Source: a virus
Lineage: Duplodnaviria; Caudoviricetes
Virus record (IMG/VR): IMGVR_UViG_3300020050_005381
Span: 2,095 to 66,094 of that record
Length of the DNA stretch: 64,000 nucleotides
Strand: one strand, 5' to 3'
Shown here in pieces: positions 30,252-39,148 of this stretch (position 1 is its first letter; every line of letters begins with the position of its first letter). A program made the position numbers and the translations under genes. Below the pieces are notes generated by a model. The model worked only from the letters and a program-made list of their open reading frames with translations. It did not search any database and was not told the DNA's origin.

Positions 30252-31433
30252 TTAGCTCTTGTCTTCTCGAACGCAGTGGAAACGTGGGTGGCGTAGAGAT
30301 CCCTCCGGCGTGATCTGGTGGTAATGGATTTCGATGACCTTCCCACGAATCAGGTTCGGATCGGCCCAGAACATCTCACGTTCCTCATCGGAGAAGCCCG
30401 TACCGATGCTCACTCGCTTGCCCTTGAAGTAAACGATAACTGCTCCAAGCATACCATAGTACTTGCCTTCACCCTGGATGACGTCCTTGACCAAGAGATC
30501 CACATCATTGATCTCCTTCAGCTTCAGCCAATCCCGATGCTTACCCTTACGATACAGGCCTTTCACGTTCTTGACGATCGCTCCCTCATACCCGGTGTCC
30601 AGGAAGCGGTTGTATAGGTTCATCACCTCCTCATCAGTTTCGACACGGAAGGAGGGAACGAGCTTTAGATTCTTGAACTCGGTATCCCGGGGAAATAGGC
30701 TCTCCAGATCCTGCCGGCGCTGGTAGTAGGGCCTAAGCGGGTTATTCCACTCATCCATGCCCATGACATCGAACAGATGATAGTTGGTATTCTCATTCTG
30801 TTGCTCTTTGCGACGAACAGCAGAGCTGGACTCATTGAAGTTACCCGAGATCAGCTCTCCGTCAATGACACAGTCCCCGAGGCCTTTGGTAAGCTCCAGA
30901 ATCTGCTCCTTCAGATGGTCAGAGGAAGTGAATGGCAGACCATTACGGGAGAGTAGCAGAACTACCCCTGACTCCACAATCGCTACACAGCGTAGCCCAT
31001 CGTATTTGGGCTCCACGGCATAAGAGGTACGGGATTTGGCCACATCATACTTGTGAGCTCGCATGACCTTGAACTGTCGAATCAGCCCTGGGTAGGCTTT
31101 CAGCACCAGCTGAGGACCCACACCACAGCGTAGATCCTTACGCAGGACTCGAGTAATGAGCTCCTGGTCCTCGACGTCCAGGCAGGCTTCACCTAGCAGC
31201 CGCTTAGCCTCATTGCCAGTCACCTGACGTTCAGCGCAGCGACTCAGGATTTTGAAGGTATCGGCCAGCCCCTTTGGCTCACCCTCAACTGATGTAATGC
31301 CAAAGGTGATGAAGGGGTCGGTAGCTAGACGAAGAACCTCCCGAAGTTCAGACTGGTAGGGGTAGGCCTTCAGAAGGTTAAGCTTTACTTCTGGTGATCC
31401 CTGTTCAGAGATCTGATTGAATAGTTTAAGCAT
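30252..31433 (-). CDS. lig: ATP-dependent DNA ligase
   Basis: EPKYDGLR, IDGEL, YHLFDV, EGAIVK, WLKLK motifs and C-terminal OB domain ending LRHPRF. Confidence 0.95.
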   Translation of the reverse strand: MLKLFNQISEQGSPEVKLNLLKAYPYQSELREVLRLATDPFITFGITSVEGEPKGLADTFKILSRCAERQVTGNEAKRLLGEACLDVEDQELITRVLRKDLRCGVGPQLVLKAYPGLIRQFKVMRAHKYDVAKSRTSYAVEPKYDGLRCVAIVESGVVLLLSRNGLPFTSSDHLKEQILELTKGLGDCVIDGELISGNFNESSSAVRRKEQQNENTNYHLFDVMGMDEWNNPLRPYYQRRQDLESLFPRDTEFKNLKLVPSFRVETDEEVMNLYNRFLDTGYEGAIVKNVKGLYRKGKHRDWLKLKEINDVDLLVKDVIQGEGKYYGMLGAVIVYFKGKRVSIGTGFSDEEREMFWADPNLIRGKVIEIHYHQITPEGSLRHPRFHCVREDKS

Positions 31434-31572
31434 GTAAATGGCTCCAAGATTTGTGTTTCTTGATTAAGTGGATAAGTACTACACTTACATTATAGTACTG
31501 AGATAGCGTTATAGCCGAATCATTGCAATCATCTAAACCACGAATCTCTATCCTCCTCCAAAAGTCATCCAT
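31426..31572 (-). pseudogene. HNH endonuclease remnant with catalytic core deleted
   Basis: MDDFWRRIEIRGLDDC joined directly to ITLSQYYNVSVVLIHLIKKHKSWSHL, the two ends of the HNH genes at 21726 and 26037. Confidence 0.7.
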
Positions 31573-34042
31573 TATATTTCTCACCCTTCCAAGTGCGGCC
31601 GGCCCCCCATGTTCCGACTTCCAGGTCGGCCACGATGGGTACTGGCAGAGAGATACCCCAGTGATCCAGCAGCTCGGGATGCTCCATTCGGGCTTTGATC
31701 TGGGGGAGCATCTCATCCAGGAACTCTGTTTTGACCCACATAAGGATGGAGTCATGCACCTCCCCACGCACCCTGAGTTTAGCTCCACTGTCGGGCACTT
31801 GAAGGTTGTAGAATATATCCAACATGGCCATGACTTTCAAGTCACCAATGCAACCCTGAACGGGTGAATTGATGGCTTGACGCTCGCATTCGGCTTTCAC
31901 CATACGGTCTGGAGACCATATGCCAGGAAGCCGGCGTTTGCGACCGATGAGGCTTCTAACGAACCCATCCATCTTTACGAAGGTCTTCTGCCTATCATGC
32001 CAGATGGGGAGGGCTGAATAAGTGGAGAAAAAGGCCTGCTTAATGTCCTCGGCTTCCTGTAGCGATACCTCCCAGTCATACTTCAGCTTTGCGTATTCAG
32101 TGAACTTCTTAGCCCCCATCGAATAGAGAAATCCAAAATTCACAGCCTTAGCCTGCTTCCGCTTTTCCTTCCAGGGCTTGTTCAGTTCGATGGCCCTATC
32201 ATGTCCCATCTCCTCCAGGTAATCAAGGATGGCCACCATGCTCATCCCATCACAGTCCCCACGATCCTTCTCCACTGTGTCACGAGCTAACAGAAGATTC
32301 TCATTAGATCCACCCATCTTGAGCATACCAACACAGGTTCGCCAGTGGACGTCAATCCCCTCGTTGTAGCAACGTATGAGCTCCTCATCCCCTGATACGA
32401 TAGCCGCAATACGAAGCTCAGCCTGAGAGAGGTCACCCTGGATAAAGGTCCAGCCCTCTGGGGCCTCAATCAGGTTACGAATGATGCCATCCCGTGGTAC
32501 CTGGTGAAGACGCGAGGAGTATCGCCCAGTGACCGTACCATGCAGCTTGGTGCCCAGGAACAGGGAAGATCCAACCATATACTCTTCCCAGCCATCCACA
32601 TAAGTGGAAAGCATTTTCTGGTGAGAGCGGTAGTCAGTGAGCATTCTGACCACGGGATGTCCATCGAGTTCAGCCAATGCGGCTTCCCCACTGGACGGGG
32701 CGCCCTTATCAGTAAATACCCGGGGAGTCAGCCCCAACGTCCCGTAAAGGATCTCATTGACCTGTTTAGGGCTATTCCAATTTACAGTAGCCCCCGCCAT
32801 ATCATTCAGCTTTTTCTCTACGGTATCCAATAACAGCACCAGCTGCTCACGTACCTCAGCTCGTCGCTTCAGGTTAACGTGATGACCCTCTCGCTCGATG
32901 ACCTCATACATGCGTGAGGCAGGCATAGTTAGATGCTCATAGATATTGCGGGTCTCAGCATCCTGCATGAGCATGCGACGGAACAGCTTGGCCAGACGAT
33001 AGGTACGATAGCAGTCCCGGCCGCAGTATACGAACAGCTTCATGGCTTCCACTGCGCCCTTTTTCTCAGCCGTGGTAAGGTCATAGTCCGGAGCGTTCAG
33101 GAACAACCTGGAATTCTCCTTCAGCCCATGCGGAGTGTTCTCATCCAGGTTGTAGTGCATGAGCATGGTGTCGTCCTTGTTGTAGAAGGAGACGCCCATT
33201 TTCATATACAGCCAGAGACTGTCGAACTTCCAGTTCTGGTTGGTTACCGGGACATGCTGCTCGGACATCCAGTGTAGTAGCTTACGCTGAGCATCCGCTG
33301 GCAAAGTCGGGGCTTTTCGTATGGGTAGGACCCAGCAACCCTGTGATTTAGGCAGGTATACGCCCACGCAGTTTATGTAACTGTCCGGGTTATACCAGTC
33401 CAAACCCGAAGTTTCCAAGTCGCATACGAATTCGGGTTCATGTGGGAAGGCTTGCATGAACTCGTCCAGGTTTGAACGGTCGATGATGCGTACCCTGGGC
33501 TCCTCCCACTCGATTTCAGCTACGCCCTTGACCAGGTCACCAAACCGCTTGATGATCCGCTTGAACTCGGGCTCTTTACTGGGGTCGCGAAGTACATAGG
33601 CGGGAGAGTAGCAGGGGACATAGATCACTCCATCCTTCTCAATGAACTTACCCGCGACGCTGGAAAGGTTAGCCGCTTTGACTACTGACTTAGCCGCGGT
33701 CGCTCCCATGACGAGAACATACTTCGGTTTTTGTTCTTTGATCTCATCCTGTATATAGCCCGCACAGGCCTTACACTCAGAGGGCTCCACCTTCTTACCG
33801 TCCGGGGGCTGGCACTTGACGACTCCAGTGGCGTAATAGTCCTTGATTCCAACTCGATCAAGCTCTGAAATAAGGATCTTCCCAGGACCCCCGGTAAGGT
33901 ATTCACCACGGTTGATGTTAGTGGCACTTGGGGCATCCCCAATGATCATTACTCCAGAGCTAGCGGCAGACCCGTTCCCATAGAGACAAACAGTTGATGA
34001 AGATTCTGAAAGACTACAGAGGGTACAGTTTGGATTTCGCAT
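31565..34042 (-). CDS. polA: Family A DNA polymerase with N-terminal uracil-DNA-glycosylase-like domain and 3'-5' exonuclease
   Basis: CTLC...IIGDAP...VVKCQPP (UDG family 4-like); DLETSGL; GDLSQAELR; KAVNFGFLY; EVHDS. Confidence 0.95.
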   Translation of the reverse strand: MRNPNCTLCSLSESSSTVCLYGNGSAASSGVMIIGDAPSATNINRGEYLTGGPGKILISELDRVGIKDYYATGVVKCQPPDGKKVEPSECKACAGYIQDEIKEQKPKYVLVMGATAAKSVVKAANLSSVAGKFIEKDGVIYVPCYSPAYVLRDPSKEPEFKRIIKRFGDLVKGVAEIEWEEPRVRIIDRSNLDEFMQAFPHEPEFVCDLETSGLDWYNPDSYINCVGVYLPKSQGCWVLPIRKAPTLPADAQRKLLHWMSEQHVPVTNQNWKFDSLWLYMKMGVSFYNKDDTMLMHYNLDENTPHGLKENSRLFLNAPDYDLTTAEKKGAVEAMKLFVYCGRDCYRTYRLAKLFRRMLMQDAETRNIYEHLTMPASRMYEVIEREGHHVNLKRRAEVREQLVLLLDTVEKKLNDMAGATVNWNSPKQVNEILYGTLGLTPRVFTDKGAPSSGEAALAELDGHPVVRMLTDYRSHQKMLSTYVDGWEEYMVGSSLFLGTKLHGTVTGRYSSRLHQVPRDGIIRNLIEAPEGWTFIQGDLSQAELRIAAIVSGDEELIRCYNEGIDVHWRTCVGMLKMGGSNENLLLARDTVEKDRGDCDGMSMVAILDYLEEMGHDRAIELNKPWKEKRKQAKAVNFGFLYSMGAKKFTEYAKLKYDWEVSLQEAEDIKQAFFSTYSALPIWHDRQKTFVKMDGFVRSLIGRKRRLPGIWSPDRMVKAECERQAINSPVQGCIGDLKVMAMLDIFYNLQVPDSGAKLRVRGEVHDSILMWVKTEFLDEMLPQIKARMEHPELLDHWGISLPVPIVADLEVGTWGAGRTWKGEKYNG

Positions 34043-34464
34043 GGTATTCCCGCGGAGAGTAGGATTTCGATACCCGAGGTATCACGATAAGGCCTCAGGT
34101 ATTTTACCCCAATTAGCCCGGTGTTGATTAGCTGTTTAGCACAGGGTAGGCAGGGGCTATCGGTGCAGTACAGGACAGCCCCCTCGGTGGAGATGCCATG
34201 ACGAGCTGCATAGGCTACGGCATTCTGTTCAGCATGCACCGTTCGCTGGCAGCCCGTTCCCATGGCACTGGAGGCTACTTTACAAGCCTGAGTACAGTGA
34301 GGAAAGCCCGCGGGCGGACCAGCATATCCCGAGCTAATGATACGGCCCTCTTTAGCGATGATGGCCCCTACGGCCTTACGTCCACAGGTGGAGCGAAGGG
34401 AGGTGACCAGAGCATGGAGCATCATCTGCTCATCCCGGGTAATTCGAATACTCATCTTAGCCAC
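33949..34464 (-). CDS. dCMP deaminase
   Basis: GAIIAKEGRIISSGYAG, HAEQNA, SPCLPC; 3' end overlaps polA start by 94 nt. Confidence 0.9.
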   Translation of the reverse strand: MAKMSIRITRDEQMMLHALVTSLRSTCGRKAVGAIIAKEGRIISSGYAGPPAGFPHCTQACKVASSAMGTGCQRTVHAEQNAVAYAARHGISTEGAVLYCTDSPCLPCAKQLINTGLIGVKYLRPYRDTSGIEILLSAGIPCEIQTVPSVVFQNLHQLFVSMGTGLPLALE

Positions 34465-35342
34465 TCCAGTAACGTGGTAATGGGCAACGAGAAGCCCGCG
34501 GCGTTCTTATGACCTCCACCACCGAACTGTTTGGCGATGGCCGATACGTCGTAATCTCCATTGGACCTGAGAGATACTTTGGCCATGTTGTCAGATCCCA
34601 GATACCAGACAAGGCCATAAGAACCCGATTGATTGGCAAGTTCATGTCCCACCTCCGACATATGGACATTAGTATTGACCACGAGACCTGGCTCGCCGGT
34701 CCATCCATACTGCTCAGTGTGTATGGTTATCCGGCACTTACGGGCATGCTTAGCACTGGACTTGACCTGGGCTTCCTGTGCACCGAGAAGCATATGTCCC
34801 TCGTCCACTACCGGCCAGTAAGACGTCTCCAGGCCCACCTGGATGATGTCCCTCCACTGCTCAAAGGTCCAGGGCTTGCGAGCGGCCATGCCGGCATGGA
34901 ACGCCTTGCTGTCAGGAAGCTTAAACTGCCAACGGTCACGGTCGTCGATCCATCTCACCCAGTCTGGGGCGGGCTGACCGCCACTGAAGTATTCCCAGGC
35001 GAGCATGGTGCCGGATTTGTTGTTGTCCAGGACAATGTGGGTGTATTCGGTTTCATCCAGATATAACTGGCGTTCCTCCTCACACCAGGCCTCGAAAGCA
35101 GTCTTATGGTGATCAAGCCAAGTGACGTGGTCTGCAAGTTCGATGATCTCTCCCGTGACTAAGGCATCAAAGCTGAAGTCCAGGATATAGACATCACGAT
35201 TGATTACTTCAACCTCATCTAGGATCTTCACACCATAATCCAGGGGTAAGTACTCGGCTTCATCACCGAACTTTAGCCAGGCACAGTAAGCGGCACCGAA
35301 ACCGTCGGTACAGTTTGCGTGATATATGATCAATGGTTTCAT
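34452..35342 (-). CDS. DHH/DHHA1 phosphoesterase (NrnB-like)
   Basis: YHANCTDG, ILDF, LDHHKT, DRDRW, GGGGHKNAAG. Confidence 0.9.
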   Translation of the reverse strand: MKPLIIYHANCTDGFGAAYCAWLKFGDEAEYLPLDYGVKILDEVEVINRDVYILDFSFDALVTGEIIELADHVTWLDHHKTAFEAWCEEERQLYLDETEYTHIVLDNNKSGTMLAWEYFSGGQPAPDWVRWIDDRDRWQFKLPDSKAFHAGMAARKPWTFEQWRDIIQVGLETSYWPVVDEGHMLLGAQEAQVKSSAKHARKCRITIHTEQYGWTGEPGLVVNTNVHMSEVGHELANQSGSYGLVWYLGSDNMAKVSLRSNGDYDVSAIAKQFGGGGHKNAAGFSLPITTLLEWLR

Positions 35343-35563
35343 TCTACGTCATCCAAGTGAATTTGCGGTTGAAGGGCTACTTCCCTCAGGTCATACTTCT
35401 CAGGCTGGCCTTTGAATTGCTCCTCGGTGTAGATGAAAGCATGCTTTCCCCCAGTGACCTCGAAGATCTTGTCCCAAGCCTGATGTATGGTATCGGCGGG
35501 TACTCGAGAATAGCATCTCTCCAGATGCGACCCGAACCCATAGGTTACGAAAAATTCATTCAT
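35339..35563 (-). CDS. Small hypothetical protein
   Basis: ATGA coupling to both neighbours. Confidence 0.6.
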   Translation of the reverse strand: MNEFFVTYGFGSHLERCYSRVPADTIHQAWDKIFEVTGGKHAFIYTEEQFKGQPEKYDLREVALQPQIHLDDVE

Positions 35564-36357
35564 TTTAATGCCACTCGATCGGTTGTGAAGCAATGAAGGG
35601 ATGTGATGTGCATGGTAAGTGTCCCTGGAGCCACGTTGTCCCAGTCCATTTCCGGCCTGGCCAAACGGCACTGCTGAAGAACCCATAACTGAAGTCTAAG
35701 GGTAAGATATACGTCGTCCCTAAAATGACGCACGAAGTCGCAGGAGCGTAGATAGTAAACGCAATGGAGTTTATTCTCTCGCATAATAAAGTGGTAGCCC
35801 AGGGAACAGGGAACGCGCTTCTCCTGAACGGCGGCTCCCAGGTCCTCAGGGAACCAGACCGGCAGGTAGGCTTGCCTAGTGGTCGGTTCGTTGGCCAGAA
35901 TGGTGACAAGATCATCTAAGTCTCCGTAGTGGAAACGAACGCCCTTATGAGGGGCTATAGAGTCGGAGTGAAGTACCCCGTCCGGGGTTGTTCCCGCAGC
36001 CTTAGGCCAATACCTTTCAGCATACGAATGATCGAACTGGGGATCTTTCTCTCCAGAACGTCGATGAGTATCCGCGGAATTGGAGTACGGCCATATGCGC
36101 CATGTCTGACCAGGGTTAATAGGATCACCAGATACACGCTCCTGAGTAAAGTGAGCGTCAGCCCAAGGGAGGTTTGGATGAATCTGATCACGATAGAACT
36201 CCAAATTTTCAGTGGGGAGATCATAAGTAAAGGAGTAGTTTAACAACTCCAGCATGGGTTGAGGGGCTTTGACTGATTGCCAACGAGCTCCCTCAACAGT
36301 AGGCGCCACTAGCATACGCTTAGTGATGTCCTGAGCAATGGATTCAAATGGTCTCAT
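35560..36357 (-). CDS. Thymidylate-synthase-fold enzyme 1 (probable dCMP hydroxymethylase/methylase type)
   Basis: RQAYLPVW...RVPCSLGYHF...YYLRSCDFVRHFRDD...SLHCF; Asp at the E. coli ThyA Asn177 position. Confidence 0.85.
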   Translation of the reverse strand: MRPFESIAQDITKRMLVAPTVEGARWQSVKAPQPMLELLNYSFTYDLPTENLEFYRDQIHPNLPWADAHFTQERVSGDPINPGQTWRIWPYSNSADTHRRSGEKDPQFDHSYAERYWPKAAGTTPDGVLHSDSIAPHKGVRFHYGDLDDLVTILANEPTTRQAYLPVWFPEDLGAAVQEKRVPCSLGYHFIMRENKLHCVYYLRSCDFVRHFRDDVYLTLRLQLWVLQQCRLARPEMDWDNVAPGTLTMHITSLHCFTTDRVALK

Positions 36358-36656
36358 TGGCAGCAGCTATGAATGTAGCGTTGAAAAGAGAGCCCACATT
36401 TAGTGCAGCGCCCGTTCATGTCAGTCTGGCCATCAGCCTCATCCGGCCACTGGTGATTGCACTTCTCATCGATAGCGGGAGAGACGTGAACCACCGTCAT
36501 TTTCTGGCTGAACGTGGGACAGGTAATGGCTCTCTCGGGATCCACCAGCTGAGCGGGAAGCGCCCAGTGCGGGACGGGGAACTCACAGGTATAGTATCCC
36601 GTTGGGCCTTTTACAGAGATGTGCACGCAGTCTTTGCAGTGTTTCCGATCAGACAT
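36354..36656 (-). CDS. Small Cys-rich protein
   Basis: CKDC...C...C; CNHQW...CTKCG. Confidence 0.6.
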   Translation of the reverse strand: MSDRKHCKDCVHISVKGPTGYYTCEFPVPHWALPAQLVDPERAITCPTFSQKMTVVHVSPAIDEKCNHQWPDEADGQTDMNGRCTKCGLSFQRYIHSCCQ

Positions 36657-36828
36657 ACCGCTTCCTTTCGTTGAGGCATTTCTGAGCGATGTCATAGATA
36701 TTGGTATAACCATAACGACCCGAGGTTAGTGCTGCTATAGCAAGCTGGTCTAGTAGCTTGAGCTTCAGGGTATGAATCTCATCCCTAAGCTGCTGGTTTT
36801 CGAATTGAAGTTCATTCTCCGTCGCCAT
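36649..36828 (-). CDS. Small hypothetical protein (not in ORF track)
   Basis: GGAG RBS, MATENELQFENQQLRDE..., 59 aa, overlaps both neighbours. Confidence 0.5.
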   Translation of the reverse strand: MATENELQFENQQLRDEIHTLKLKLLDQLAIAALTSGRYGYTNIYDIAQKCLNERKRYV

Positions 36829-37558
36829 CGTCTTCTCCTATGCCTTCGTCATTGAAGCTGGCCCCGTTTGCAGAGCAGTAGTCAGCCAGCGCTTTACAGT
36901 CCAGCTTTTCCTGGGCTATACCCCACATTTTAACCCTATGACGATACTGGTACCTACACTCCTTCTCGAAGAATTTCGCTGTTGCATTCAAGAATGTACG
37001 ATAGTATCTTGGATCATGTTTCTTTATGTGTTCATAGAACTCAATAGCGTCGGTATGCTGAAACAGTATAGGGGCGAAAAGGGCCGTGATGAAAATGTTA
37101 GCAAAGTAGAATCGATAAGTTCGGGGTGTATGGGCTAATCCTAATTGTTCAAGTATCATGGGTATCAGCACATGATCAGCGGTGTGCTTCTGTATAATCT
37201 CAGTAGACCTGTAAACCACATCCACCTCGGTCCACTTAGGGGTCTGAGTAATGATTAAGGAACGGATGCAGTGACCTTGACTTTTCGTGGGGTCTTTCGC
37301 CTGGCCTATGGTATTGAGGGCCACAGAGGTGTGGGGTGATTTCCTGCGGGCCGCAAGTTTTACCCTGGCAGCGTCCACTTCGGCCTGATTGAAGTAGTTC
37401 CGCATCAGCTGGGACACTTTCCCGCCCCTGTATCCCAACTGAGCTAGGTCAACCTCGGGCAGGGCATCCAGCTCCCAGCTTACCCCCTGGACAACTTTGC
37501 GGACACCCGTATAGATACCGGGTTGCGTGACGACATGACGACAAAGGTCAACCAACAT
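36812..37558 (-). CDS. Divergent thymidylate-synthase-fold protein 2
   Basis: GHCIRSLIITQ...VDVVYRSTEIIQKHTAD aligns with the PC...YQRSCD...N core of ThyA. Confidence 0.6.
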   Translation of the reverse strand: MLVDLCRHVVTQPGIYTGVRKVVQGVSWELDALPEVDLAQLGYRGGKVSQLMRNYFNQAEVDAARVKLAARRKSPHTSVALNTIGQAKDPTKSQGHCIRSLIITQTPKWTEVDVVYRSTEIIQKHTADHVLIPMILEQLGLAHTPRTYRFYFANIFITALFAPILFQHTDAIEFYEHIKKHDPRYYRTFLNATAKFFEKECRYQYRHRVKMWGIAQEKLDCKALADYCSANGASFNDEGIGEDDGDGE

Positions 37559-37949
37559 GCTTAATTCCTAACATAAATGAAACTACTGATTTGATGGATT
37601 CTACTGACTTCATCGTGCGTTTGCTACGTCTTCGAGCATCCTCCCTTTCACGTACTTCCTGGGCTAACCGGCGTTTGCGCTTACGTTCAGCGGTTGTTTG
37701 TATGTGGGGCTTAATGGCATCTTCGCCAGGACCCCAGACATACACCGCTACCCACGGACCCTGAGGGCTATCCCGTCGCCAGGAGATTACCCGTATCTCT
37801 TCACTGGTATGAAGTAGCTTGAGATACTCTCTGGCATTCCTGGCGTCGATAAAGCATCGAGCTTCCACATCATGAAAAGTAAGCTGAGCCCCTGAATGGA
37901 ACTCAGCCTTAAGCTTTTGCATGGTAGGATTCATCATCCTTGGGAGCAT
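37548..37949 (-). CDS. Putative winged-helix DNA-binding protein
   Basis: ARNAREYLKLLH...IRVISW...VAVYVWGPGEDA, basic C-terminus. Confidence 0.55.
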   Translation of the reverse strand: MLPRMMNPTMQKLKAEFHSGAQLTFHDVEARCFIDARNAREYLKLLHTSEEIRVISWRRDSPQGPWVAVYVWGPGEDAIKPHIQTTAERKRKRRLAQEVREREDARRRSKRTMKSVESIKSVVSFMLGIKHVG

Positions 37950-38188
37950 GCGTCTTTCACCCGATTTTCAACCTGCTCATCATTCCACTCGAATGGTACC
38001 GTGAGCTGAGCCACATCATCTGACCTGTGGGTGTAGAATGGTAGCTCTAGCAGATCACACCAGATACCATCAGCCCAGTAACAAATGACTCGCTGCTTCT
38101 GGCCCCAGATGCGGTCATGACCCTCAGCGAACTTATCATTAGAGACTTTACTTACCAGACGGTCTCCGGTTATATCATTTTTGCTCAT
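37934..38188 (-). CDS. Hypothetical protein
   Basis: SKNDITGDRLVSK N-terminus recurrent in phages; GGAG RBS. Confidence 0.6.
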   Translation of the reverse strand: MSKNDITGDRLVSKVSNDKFAEGHDRIWGQKQRVICYWADGIWCDLLELPFYTHRSDDVAQLTVPFEWNDEQVENRVKDACSQG

Positions 38189-38387
38189 TAGCTACTCCCT
38201 GGCATTTAGCGCATACACGCTTGGTAACCCAAAAACCCCCTTTATATACCCTTTTAGAGGTACATAAAGAGGCGCTGGCTGGCTGTTTGCAGCGGCTGCA
38301 TATTACCAGTAGGGGGAAACCCGAGGAACTGGGTCCGCCGCCCTTCGCGGTATACTCTCTATACCTGTTAGTCTCAGGAGGGGTCAT
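38175..38387 (-). CDS. Small zinc-ribbon-like protein
   Basis: CSRC...CAKC; start reassigned to MTPPET. Confidence 0.45.
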   Translation of the reverse strand: MTPPETNRYREYTAKGGGPSSSGFPLLVICSRCKQPASASLCTSKRVYKGGFWVTKRVCAKCQGVANEQK

Positions 38388-38706
38388 TATATTCCTCGAA
38401 GGGGGCCGGAAGAGCCAAGAGCTGTTGGATGCGATGGTCATAATCTTCCAGCTTATTTGTGGCCTCAGCTTGGAACTTTGCCTTCTGAGTACGTAGCGCT
38501 TCGATCCGGGACTGAAGCAGCTGCTCCTCACTCATCAGAGTGATCTCCACTTTGGCCTCACCAACCAAAACCCAGCCGTGTTCCGACATGTCACTTGCAT
38601 ACAGTGTGGTGCAACTGGCGGCTTCCTCAGGAATTAGGTTAGCAAGCTCTTTGGGGTCTTGGTATTCGTTAGTAACCCAGACGGAAATCTTAGGACATAC
38701 AATCAT
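38374..38706 (-). CDS. Hypothetical protein
   Basis: GGAG RBS; coiled-coil C-terminus. Confidence 0.6.
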   Translation of the reverse strand: MIVCPKISVWVTNEYQDPKELANLIPEEAASCTTLYASDMSEHGWVLVGEAKVEITLMSEEQLLQSRIEALRTQKAKFQAEATNKLEDYDHRIQQLLALPAPFEEYNDPS

Positions 38707-39148
38707 GGTACTCTCCCCACCAATAAGGTGCTGGGCGGCTCTTGTTCCAAGCCGCGAACTGTTTAGAATGGTAATACTTGCGATAGGCTACTACAGGATC
38801 TTTGTCTTTGAATTGATCAGGCATGCACTGAACAAATTCTGAGATGCCAATGGGCAGGGCTCGTGGTACTTTACACTGCTCGATGACTGACTGGCACTTA
38901 TGAACTTTACCATATCGTTCGGTGTACTCGGCGCAGAGTGCTAGGCCATGTCGCTTAAGCCAGCCGAAGTTGATGCGATTGAGGCCAGCCCATAACACAC
39001 AGGGGTGGTTCATGTGCGTTGGCTTGTAAGGGCCACCGCAAATGGTACTGAGGATCTGGGCGGTTTCTAAACACATCTTAACCACATGTTTGTCAGCTTG
39101 ATATTGTGCTGCCAGTGTGGGGTTGGTATCTAGTATGAATATATTAAT
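38690..39148 (-). CDS. Pyrimidine-dimer DNA glycosylase / endonuclease V-family protein (apparent ATT start)
   Basis: NIFILDTNP...DKHVVKMCLETAQILS...PTHMNHPCVLW...AYRKYY; in-frame extension beyond the tracked GTG. Confidence 0.75.
   Translation of the reverse strand: MNIFILDTNPTLAAQYQADKHVVKMCLETAQILSTICGGPYKPTHMNHPCVLWAGLNRINFGWLKRHGLALCAEYTERYGKVHKCQSVIEQCKVPRALPIGISEFVQCMPDQFKDKDPVVAYRKYYHSKQFAAWNKSRPAPYWWGEYHDCMS

Noticed and set aside
31573-31788. N-terminal 72 codons of tracked ORF 31426-31788
   Set aside because: Lies inside polA in another frame; the credible start is ATG 31572
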